DNA of 64,000 nt, from positions 116,126,001-116,190,000 of the forward strand of contig OZ320313.1 in assembly GCA_976226885.1 (NCBI GenBank). Reading direction: 5' to 3'. Positions within the stretch are counted from its first letter, which is position 1. Each line of letters opens with the position of its first letter. Shown one piece after another: positions 42,600 through 50,800 of the stretch. This stretch comes from Iphione sp. A-MEVVRFRX5 (Eukaryota). The translations under genes and the position numbers were made by a program. The notes beneath the pieces are model-generated. The model made no database searches, was not told the DNA's origin, and worked only from the letters and a program-made list of their open reading frames with translations.

Positions 42600-43424
42600 C
42601 TATTGGCTTTTGTCGGCAGTGGTTGGTTCGAATGTGGTAGTGTGAACGAAGTTAGCTGGTGTACTCGTATAATTACATGACTTACTGTGAGAGGGGGCTG
42701 TTGGATTACAACTATTAGTACTGTTGGTTATAGAGGAAATATCTGAATAAGTCAGTTTTCTTGGGAATCCCTTGGTTGACGGTAACGGAGGTGACCGTCC
42801 TGGTGTGCTTGGGGGTGGTAGCGGCGGTTCTGGTTGTTTGGCAATGATGTCGTTTGGGACTTCTGCTGGTTCACAACTGGGTCGGCTGGAGGTGGCGCTG
42901 GTTGAGACCGATGGTACGATGGTGCTGCTGTTATCCGTTGTTCCCGCCTCTGTGGTGTGGTTGGTGTTGGTTGACTCGGACAGTCTGCTCATCAGGGTTA
43001 CGAGGTTGTGGGTAGCAATTCGTTGCTCCTCGTCGTCGTCATCGATTATGACTGGTGCCGTTGATGTTGAAGCCTTTGGTTGCTTGCGGGCAGGGAGTCC
43101 GATTGAACTTCCACCTGCCTGCAGTTCGGTGTGTGTTGTTGCTTCTAACGGGTGTTTCCAGAGTTCAGGAACATGTATTTGACTTGGGTGTAGAGTGTTC
43201 ATGGTGTTATGGCAATTCTTCACATGGCGTAAGAGCGATGATCGGGTGCTGTATGATTTTTCACAAAACGGGCACTCGTGTCGTTTTTTGCTTGGGTCTT
43301 CATGTGCCATGGTTATATGTCGTTTTAGTGATTTGTAGCCCATAAAAGTCAAAGTACAGATGGTGCATTGGACGATGGGGCCAAAAGTCTTTTTCGGAAC
43401 AGTTTTGGCAGTGCTGATGTCCAT
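42600..43424 (-). CDS. Accessory ORF inside the PLE: two C2H2 zinc fingers plus Ser/Thr/Pro-rich region; homology continues past the TAG to 42420
   Basis: ATG 43 nt after the EN stop and preceded by an in-frame TGA. CTIC-x12-H-x4-H and CPFC-x12-H-x4-H fingers. Downstream motifs are shared with the paralogue at 41230-41960. Confidence 0.8.
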   Translation of the reverse strand: MDISTAKTVPKKTFGPIVQCTICTLTFMGYKSLKRHITMAHEDPSKKRHECPFCEKSYSTRSSLLRHVKNCHNTMNTLHPSQIHVPELWKHPLEATTHTELQAGGSSIGLPARKQPKASTSTAPVIIDDDDEEQRIATHNLVTLMSRLSESTNTNHTTEAGTTDNSSTIVPSVSTSATSSRPSCEPAEVPNDIIAKQPEPPLPPPSTPGRSPPLPSTKGFPRKLTYSDISSITNSTNSCNPTAPSHSKSCNYTSTPANFVHTTTFEPTTADKSQ

Positions 43425-43467
43425 AATATTTCAATTAGATTCTTGCCAGCGTGTACGTGCGTGTGGT

Positions 43468-44067
43468 TCACTCGCGTATGTTGAGGCCTAGTGGGCGGTA
43501 CATTCGTAAGATGCTGATCCATGCCTCCTCCAATCGGAGGCGTTGGTTGAGGTCACATGCTGTTGTATCCAAATGTTGGATTGTGACGTCATTTGATTGA
43601 CATGTGGCGTTGAAATGCAGGGCGACTGGTTTCAACTCACGTAAGTTGGCGATGTCATTCAGATGTTGAGTGAGTCGGCGGTGGATGGAGTTGCTAGTTT
43701 GGCCTACATACATTTTATTGCATCTTTTACAATGTATGCAGTACACAACATCACATGTTTGGCAGGTAGCATATCCGACCGTTCGGATTTTGCGGGAGTT
43801 CGTTGACGATGTGACATAGGAGGTTTGGATTATGCGCGGGCAAGTGCGACATCGTGGTTTGTTGCATGGGTGCGTGCCATTTTTGCTCTCTGGTCTTGGG
43901 TGTTCTGCTTGTGTCAGAATTTCTCTTAGGTTCTTCCCCCGTTTGTGTGCTTGGATGATTTTGTGTTGGAGGAATTCATCATTGCCGTGTGATTGTTGCA
44001 GGATGTCATGGGCATGTTTGAGTGCGAGTGAAAATTCCTGTTGTGAGGGTTGGTGGTATGTTTTCAC
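43468..44067 (-). CDS. PLE GIY-YIG endonuclease with Cys-rich linker
   Basis: The frame extends upstream as KVIPYVKTYH (the IPFVxTYHP-type motif). Contains CNKPRCRTC, VVYCIHCKRCNKMYVGQT, RRLTQH, ALHF, RLEEAWI and GLN; the catalytic R/E/N positions appear intact. Confidence 0.93.
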   Translation of the reverse strand: MKTYHQPSQQEFSLALKHAHDILQQSHGNDEFLQHKIIQAHKRGKNLREILTQAEHPRPESKNGTHPCNKPRCRTCPRIIQTSYVTSSTNSRKIRTVGYATCQTCDVVYCIHCKRCNKMYVGQTSNSIHRRLTQHLNDIANLRELKPVALHFNATCQSNDVTIQHLDTTACDLNQRLRLEEAWISILRMYRPLGLNIRE

Positions 44068-44075
44068 GTACGGGA

Positions 44076-45830
44076 TTACTTTTGATGTTTGGTTTGGTTT
44101 GTTGCCAGGAGGGCTTGTCTGTTCGTGTGGCGTACTTGTCGGAGTGTTTTCAGGAGTAGCTTTTTGGGATAACCTCTTGTGACGAAGTATTGGATCATGT
44201 TTGTGGCATGTTGTTCGAATTGTTGGATTTCAGTGCAGATGGAGCGGATGCGAAGTAGTTGGCTGTATGGTATGGAAGTTTTTTGGTGTGTTGGGTGGTA
44301 GCTGGTGTAGTGTAGGTAGATGTGGGCATCAGTGGGCTTAGTGTACAAAGTGGTTGCCAGTTTGCCTTTGTGTTTGTATACTGTGGTGTCGAGGAATGTG
44401 ATTTCCTGCTGGCAGTATTCATGCGTGAACTTGATTGTGTTGTGTTGAGTGTTCAGGTAATTTAGGAATGTTAGTAGGGCTGCTTCCGGACCTCTATATA
44501 CCATGAAGATGTCGTCAATGTATCTTAGCCATACCAGGGGTTGTGTTGGTGCGTTTTGTAGTAGCTTGTCTTCCAGTTGTCCCATGAAGAGGTTGGTGTA
44601 GTTTGGTGCCATTTTGGTTCCCATTGCTGTGCCTTGCTTTTGGTGGTAGTATTGTTTGTTGAACTTAAAGGTGTTGCAAGTGAGGATGAAGTGTATTAGT
44701 CGTAGGATCAACCAGGTGTGTGGAGTGTCTTGGGTTCTCGTCATCAGGTAGCTACGTGCGGCGATTATGCCGTCTTTGTGCGGGATGTTCGTGTAGAGAG
44801 ATGACACGTCCACAGTCAAGAGATAGTCATTGGCTTCAATGTCGATTTTCTGTATTTGGGTTATGAAGTCCTTTGTATCCTTTATGTAGCTGGGAAGGGT
44901 TTTCACGAAGGGAACCAGTAGTCGGTCTACGTAGGCTGATATTTTTTTGGTAGGTGAGTTGCATGCTGCTACAATTGGTCTGCCCGGGTTGTTTGGTTTG
45001 TGTATTTTGCTGAGGAAGTAGATGTTCGGTGTGTTGTAGTTTTTCACAATAAGGCATCTTGCTTCTGTTGGTAGGAAACCTGAGGATATACACTCGGACA
45101 CAAATTTCTTTATTGCATCGTTGTAGGTTGCTGTGGGGTCCGAGGGGAGTGATTCATAGTGATCGGGTTGTGACAGTTGGCGGGATGCTTCTGCTTCGTA
45201 ATCAGTGGTGTTTTGGATTACTACCGCTCCTCCCTTGTCTGCTGATTTTATTACTATATCTGGGTTGTTTGCCAGGGACTTCAGAGCAATTAATTCTTCT
45301 TTGGTGATGTTTGATTTGGGTCTGTGTAGGGTTGTTTGTTGGATGTGCTTCTCTAAGGTAGTTAGGTAGCAGTCAATGTATTTGTCTTTCCCAGGTTGTG
45401 GTGTCCAGCCACTTGAGCCTTCTAGACCCCAGAGGGGTGAGTTATGTTGGGGTTTGTCTGTGTCTTGAAATAAGTGTTGTAGTCTGATTCTGCGTGCGAA
45501 CAGGTAGAAGTCTTTGAGTTCATGTACTGGATGTGGTGTGTGTATGGATGGTATGAATGAAATTCCTTTATTCAGAATTGATTTTTCAGCATCAGTGGGG
45601 GTGTGTTGGGAGAGGTTCACGACTATTGTTGGTTTGGTGCTGGCCGGTTTGAGTTTGATGAAGCGGCGATTTTTCTTGTGCGTCTGTTCTCCAGGTCTTG
45701 TTGGAGTGCGGTTTCGTGCTGTTCCAGTAGTTCCAGGATTCTCTTGGTTTCTTGTTCTCCGATCCGTGTTTTGGAGTCGTCTATTATGGTCTGGCATTCT
45801 GTTTCCAAGATGCTTGTTCTGTCTTCCCAA
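44076..45830 (-). CDS. PLE reverse transcriptase (with thumb)
   Basis: VVNLS..KGISFIP; IKSADKGGAVVI; TVDVSSLYTNIPH (motif A); QKQGTAMGTKMAPNYTNLFM (motif B); WLRYIDDIF (motif C); FLD; LYTKPTD..YLHYTSYHP. The listed start is a TTG, and real homology begins near 45650. Confidence 0.95.
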   Translation of the reverse strand: MGRQNKHLGNRMPDHNRRLQNTDRRTRNQENPGTTGTARNRTPTRPGEQTHKKNRRFIKLKPASTKPTIVVNLSQHTPTDAEKSILNKGISFIPSIHTPHPVHELKDFYLFARRIRLQHLFQDTDKPQHNSPLWGLEGSSGWTPQPGKDKYIDCYLTTLEKHIQQTTLHRPKSNITKEELIALKSLANNPDIVIKSADKGGAVVIQNTTDYEAEASRQLSQPDHYESLPSDPTATYNDAIKKFVSECISSGFLPTEARCLIVKNYNTPNIYFLSKIHKPNNPGRPIVAACNSPTKKISAYVDRLLVPFVKTLPSYIKDTKDFITQIQKIDIEANDYLLTVDVSSLYTNIPHKDGIIAARSYLMTRTQDTPHTWLILRLIHFILTCNTFKFNKQYYHQKQGTAMGTKMAPNYTNLFMGQLEDKLLQNAPTQPLVWLRYIDDIFMVYRGPEAALLTFLNYLNTQHNTIKFTHEYCQQEITFLDTTVYKHKGKLATTLYTKPTDAHIYLHYTSYHPTHQKTSIPYSQLLRIRSICTEIQQFEQHATNMIQYFVTRGYPKKLLLKTLRQVRHTNRQALLATNQTKHQK

Positions 45831-46252
45831 TATTCTTGCAATAGTCTGGTTAGTTTGGAACCGAGTTCAGTTAGCGCAGTTTCCCATCTCATCTGGAACC
45901 TCGTCGAGATTTCTGGTATTTGCGGGGATATTGTTGGTTGTAGCCCTTTCGGAACGGTGTTGTTGGTTAGATGTGTACACATAAAAGTGTTGTGGTGTTT
46001 GGCAGTTACGATTCCTTTTTGGACCTTTTTCAATGTTTTGAATATAACAAGTGCTTCATTATGGAGGCCTCGTGCCGTGTTTTCACTTGGCGGCTGTTCG
46101 GGGTCGTTTGGCGACTCAGGCGGTGTTGGTTGGGCGCCTGATGACGTAGTAGCGATTGTGTTTGTCGTTGTTTGGGAACCGTTGTCGGCGACGTCTAGTT
46201 CTTCGTTGGTGTCGGTCCTTGGTCGTTTGGAATTTGGTTTATTAGTGTTCAT
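45623..46252 (-). CDS. PLE polyprotein N-terminal segment (frameshifted from RT)
   Basis: ATG-initiated 209-aa ORF with HHNTFMCTHLTNNTVPKGL and LENRRTRKI, resembling the conserved N-terminal region of PLE ORFs. Overlaps the RT frame by a -1 shift. Confidence 0.75.
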   Translation of the reverse strand: MNTNKPNSKRPRTDTNEELDVADNGSQTTTNTIATTSSGAQPTPPESPNDPEQPPSENTARGLHNEALVIFKTLKKVQKGIVTAKHHNTFMCTHLTNNTVPKGLQPTISPQIPEISTRFQMRWETALTELGSKLTRLLQEYWEDRTSILETECQTIIDDSKTRIGEQETKRILELLEQHETALQQDLENRRTRKIAASSNSNRPAPNQQ

Positions 46253-46510
46253 TGTGATTGTGCCCTGTGGGGTGGTTGCTCAGACCTTGGGGCAGTGGAT
46301 CCAGGGGATGCTCGCGGGTGACTGGCACGTTAGTGTGTTTTTATGCTGTTGTTCGGCCGCTGCACACTGCCGGGTTTTGGGCTGTTCGGGAAATAGTGGA
46401 TCCAGGGGATGCGTTTGGTTTTCGGTGGTCAAAATCAAGTGAAAGCAAAACCAAAACACAATTTCCAGAACTTCTTTGTATTCAGTAAACCAAATAGTCC
46501 AGTAGATCAA

Positions 46511-46549
46511 ACTCAAGCTTTCGACAGTCAACCTGTCTTCATCAGGAGT
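46511..46549 (-). ncRNA. Minimal type I hammerhead ribozyme (PLE type)
   Basis: ACUC CUGAUGA A GACAG GUUGA CUGUC GAAA GC UU GAGU: stem I ACUC/GAGU, stem II GACAG/CUGUC, palindromic helix III AAGCUU. Confidence 0.88.
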
Positions 46550-46585
46550 ACATGTGGTGTGTTCAACATACCGCGAAAATCTGCC

Positions 46586-46592
46586 TTATATA
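46586..46592 (-). promoter_or_regulatory. Candidate TATA box of the 5' pseudo-LTR
   Basis: AGTATATAAGGCAG about 37 nt upstream of the hammerhead. The same spacing is seen at 42172-42178 and, in the other family, at 47073-47080. Confidence 0.4.
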
Positions 46593-46812
46593 CTCATCGG
46601 TTGCTAAGGTATCCAAGGATAATTACAGTTCTGCAGTTAAGATGTTCCTTGAGTATGATTTGTCAATAAAAATTAATTATGGATAATTGTTAAACTGGGA
46701 TCAAAAATGCAAGTGAAGTACTATGTGAAGGGGTAAATGTTACAACAGTCCAGTATCACAGATGATTATGTTGCCAAATGTCTTGAATAAAAAATTATAT
46801 TTTTCTTATATA

Positions 46813-47200
46813 TGCTCTTCTTCTTGTAAATTATTAACCTTCTGCGACAGACAGACTTCTGTTTATCAGCCAAAGAAGTTACTAAATTAAGTTTTGTATT
46901 ATATACATAACCATGTTGTTGAATAAAGGCTATGAACCACAATGTTTCCACAGTTTGGCATTTATTCAAGAAACAGTATACATGTATATTGATATGGTGA
47001 TACACGAGCTTTCGAGCATCAAGTGCGCTCTTCTTCAGGTGACCATATGAGGTGCAACCATTTTGGCCTCTGTTTATATACTAGACCGTAGTCATGTTAT
47101 GAGTCCTTGGCAACCAATCAGGAGGCAGGATTACTGTTGCAGTACAGCAGCAAAAGATAGTAACTGTTGTGATTGGTGGAGTAGATATATAGAGTATAAT
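46813..47200 (-). mobile_element. Pseudo-LTR of a second, older PLE family (boundaries approximate)
   Basis: On the minus strand: ATTGG box, TATATAAA (47073-47080), hammerhead (47003-47041) and AATAAA (46961-46966). Same layout as the young pseudo-LTR but a different sequence. Confidence 0.55.
47003..47041 (-). ncRNA. Minimal type I hammerhead ribozyme, different family
   Basis: CAC CUGAAGA A GAGC GCACUUGAU GCUC GAAA GC UC GUG: stem I CAC/GUG, stem II GAGC/GCUC, palindromic AGCU, cleavage triplet CUC. Confidence 0.78.
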
Positions 47201-47249
47201 ACTTAATTCAAGGTATACATAACCAGTGTAGACCCCACGTCACAGCACA

Positions 47250-47871
47250 CGACCACAGTAAAATAAAAACTGTGTTTATATTACAGTGTCAAGAAAAACT
47301 GCAAACATCTATTACATATGGCAAAGAAACATAATCTCTATATCTGGTGCCATATTGGAAAAAGTGCTGATTTATGAGGGCGGCTAGTCAATAACATGCT
47401 GATTTGCACCTTAAATACAACATCATGAGCACTTTTATGAGTAGAACTTAATTTACACTTCACAGTGTTCATAATTTGGTGCTCTGAAAGGTATAAGTCC
47501 GCCTGGATAGTGAAAATGACAAGACAACACGATGGAATTACTTTGAAATTAAGCATGAATAACAAAACTACCTGAATCAAAAAGTCTATTTTCTATACAG
47601 CAATTAAACTGTGGAATAGCCTGGAACTATTATATAGAAATATGGAAAACATGCTCGATTTAAGAAATGTATACATTTTTGTCATTAAGATATCATACAG
47701 TCTAATTTGTATTTTAACTCAGTGGTTTGGTTCCATTCAAATTTTTCATCTTATTGTGAAAATATACGCTAGTATATATGATACCCGTTTTTCTATGTAT
47801 GTTTATGTCTTAATCTATCATTACTGTCGTCGTCATCGTCATCAATCATCATCATCAATCATCATCATCAA
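47250..47871 (+). mobile_element. 3' fragment of a CR1/L2-group LINE with (ATC)n tail
   Basis: ALKGISP then FYTAIKLWNSL (47591 onward), a typical C-terminal WNxLP motif, ending in an imperfect (ATC)n tail at about 47826-47871. Confidence 0.55.
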
Positions 47872-50800
47872 CGATGTGCTATCATATGTGTCTTATAAAT
47901 ATATAGCCAATATATTGAGTTCATACTATACATAGTCAACTGTTACGTAAAATATACATGTACTGGTTTTCAGCAAAGGTGTGTGCGGTGATGTTGCCAG
48001 AACTGCATGCTTCATGATAACTGATTTTTTTTCAATGAAACATTGCCTGTATATAATAACTGGATGTGTGTCATAATGTCCATAAACTTCATCAAAATTG
48101 TTTGCTGAAGGCCTGGTTTCCAAATGTGCATTTCATGTTTGTTTTTTCAGTCAAATTCAGCGACTTTTGCTATTATTTCCATAAAATTCTCTGGATTTCT
48201 GTCTGGTTACCCATCTGGTTTCCTGTTGGTACGAGAAACATGCATGCCTGGGGATGTAATCAACTGCACGTTTGGAAACTGCGCTTAAATTAATATTGAT
48301 ATAATTGGTCTTCACCTAAAATAAAAGGAGTTTTTCCGAAGACAATATTTCTCTTTATACATGAGACCACAGTCTTAGAAAATACATAACAATACTCACT
48401 CGATTTCTGTCCATTCTCGCCATTCCGACCATTTCAGCTCGAAACAGAATGGTGGTCGGAAATAGCGACCCGACTCTACGAACTTTCGAACCTGGATGCT
48501 GCATGAATTTGGAAGGAGAGCTAAGAACTCAGGAGAACTGCTCAACAGCTAGAATTTTCATTGGGCCATGTTCCTGCTTACAACCAAATCACTAGCTTTC
48601 GGGTTGATCATACCCATTCGTAAGGTGTAGGTGTAATCTGGACGATGTTCGTGCATCAGGTACACTGTATAATCGTGGCAATACGTAGCAAAATAACCCA
48701 CCACACAGGTTTATTTACATTTTTACAATTTTATACTATGATGTATGTATACAGGGCGTACCGGTACGAAAGAAAAAAATTTAACGCGTCCCCTAGAATT
48801 ATTGCTGCTTTCCCTCGTGATATCCTTGAATGAGGTCCGATAGTTGTCTTCCAAGTAAGTAATTTCGTGGAAGCTTGGTAAAGTTTGTTAAGGTTCTAGT
48901 TGTCCATACAGCTCGCCAATCACAGTCACCGAAAGCCGCCCAAAGCCCCGTTCACAGCAGGAACCATTGTTGCGCGCTGTCTTGCACAGCGCCGAGAGAG
49001 TGGACCCAATAAAGGTCAATCAGCGAAGTGTTTGAGGGCACTTGGATGTCATGTCGCCGAGCGCCTCTTCCTGACTGACATAGTCACAATAATCCGCTCA
49101 GCGACCCTCCCTCCCAACCACCCCACCCTACAGTCAGTGTACGGGTGGGGGCGATGAGGGGCCATCCTTTACCACCTACGTGCCATGACAATCTACTCTG
49201 ACCATCCCCTTCACTTCTACCACCTCTTCAGCAACTACTGTTACAACCCGGACTATACCCGTTCCAAGAATCATTGTTACTGGTGCTATAACCTAGAGCC
49301 AGAGGTGCTCAGATAGGGGATCTCCAAACTGCTCGCTGAGCAGCTCGGCCAGCGACACAAACGTTTCCGGCTACCGTCAATCCTAATGCTTTGTCGGCTC
49401 CATTCTGTCCCCAAATTGGCGCATATAGCTGCCCATGTGGGTAGGACAACGGTCGAAAATGAGCAGCCAGCTGTGAGCTCCAATAAGGGTGGGAGGGGAG
49501 GGAGTAGGGTGGGGCGGACTGACGGCGACCACACATGGCGAGGGCACAATCACGGAAAGCGTCCAGAATAGGAAGGCTTCTGGCTGGGGCCGGGGTGGAG
49601 CACAACAGTCGACAAGAAAAGGCATTAATCCACATGCCTCTCGAGATGATGAACCCAACATATCGACGGGCGTGATCCTAAAAATGCGTTAATATTTGTG
49701 AGGCCAGGGAATACGTGACATTTCTCTAGACTACTCGAAAAGCAAAAATATTAAGCCATCGTCCGAGGTGGGGTCTTTCCAGTGACAAATTGCGACCAAG
49801 GGACACTGCAGTGCTTCGTACTTAGGAGACTGGAAGGAACTGGAGCTAGAATTCACTGCCCGACAGGACTTATTCAGTCAAAACTGCGCGTTCTGTCAAA
49901 GCCGCCCGTCGCTCTGTCCAGTGGCAATGAACAAAAGAAGTGCATCAATTATTCTCATTTGGCCGAATAATCTGGGCTACAAATAGCTTTCATTTTTACT
50001 GCAACTAATGTGATTAATCTCATTTATCGTGCCAATTTGAAAACTATGAATTAGGTGTCACTTTCATTTAAACAACGGCCATTTCCAAGACGGTAGCCTG
50101 CCTGGCTAACTTGTAATAACAGCTGGTAGGACCATAGTCTTCAAGGACTGCAAAAGCACTTTCAAGCTTCAGCGGGTTAGTCCGTGTCTGCTTGCTACTG
50201 TCGACACAGAATGAATGAATCACCTAAACTACCAACTGGGTACATGTACTGTCGACCTCCAGAAATAGAGGTACACGTAAGTAATATCAAGCAGAGGAAT
50301 CACAGGAGTTAACACTAAATACATGTAGGTACCACACCGAGTCACATTGATTAAAGACGCTTAGTAAAGTAACGCCAGTCCGGCCTTTCCAAAGCGACAG
50401 GTGTAGTCAACTCTCAAATTCCATTTCCTAAATTCGACCCAAATTCGGTGTTTGGTCCATGATGTTTTCAAACGGTATTAACAGCAGAAATGATTCTTTT
50501 ATATCGACATAAATGGTGGCTGTAATATATACATTTACGTACATGTATGTTGTAAGTTCTATTCATTGATTAGGTCAACCCTCATAAAAAAATACCACAA
50601 CTCCGGGTGCAGCTTTGGTGTTCTCTACTTTAGAAGTGAGCTCGCTTTGAAACGTCCCATTATAATGAATAATTCTACTATAGCGTCTCAATCAGGGCCG
50701 TTCTGTGTTTGGGTATCACCGCGAGTGCGATCGAGCGGGCATGGCGGCCGCCGCTTGGGAATGGAGTCTTCCCGGCTCCGTCGTCCTCTAACCATCGGGA

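Larger units (their letters stand above)
46434..46797 (-). repeat. 5' pseudo-LTR (364 bp)
   Basis: Direct repeat of 42020-42383, 4414 bp apart. Confidence 0.97.
42021..46803 (-). mobile_element. Penelope-like retroelement (GIY-YIG class, Neptune-like), near full length and young, with an accessory zinc-finger ORF
   Basis: RT plus C-terminal GIY-YIG, flanked by 364-bp direct pseudo-LTRs with hammerhead motifs. Cys-rich RT-EN linker PCNKPRCRTC. Candidate 9-bp TSD TCTTATATA at 42012-42020 and 46804-46812. Confidence 0.95.

Noticed and set aside
45603-46442. 279-aa plus-strand ORF (also 45514-45984, 42772-43182, 43832-44182, 41476-41757)
   Set aside because: Antisense shadows of the compositionally biased PLE ORFs; no recognisable motifs.
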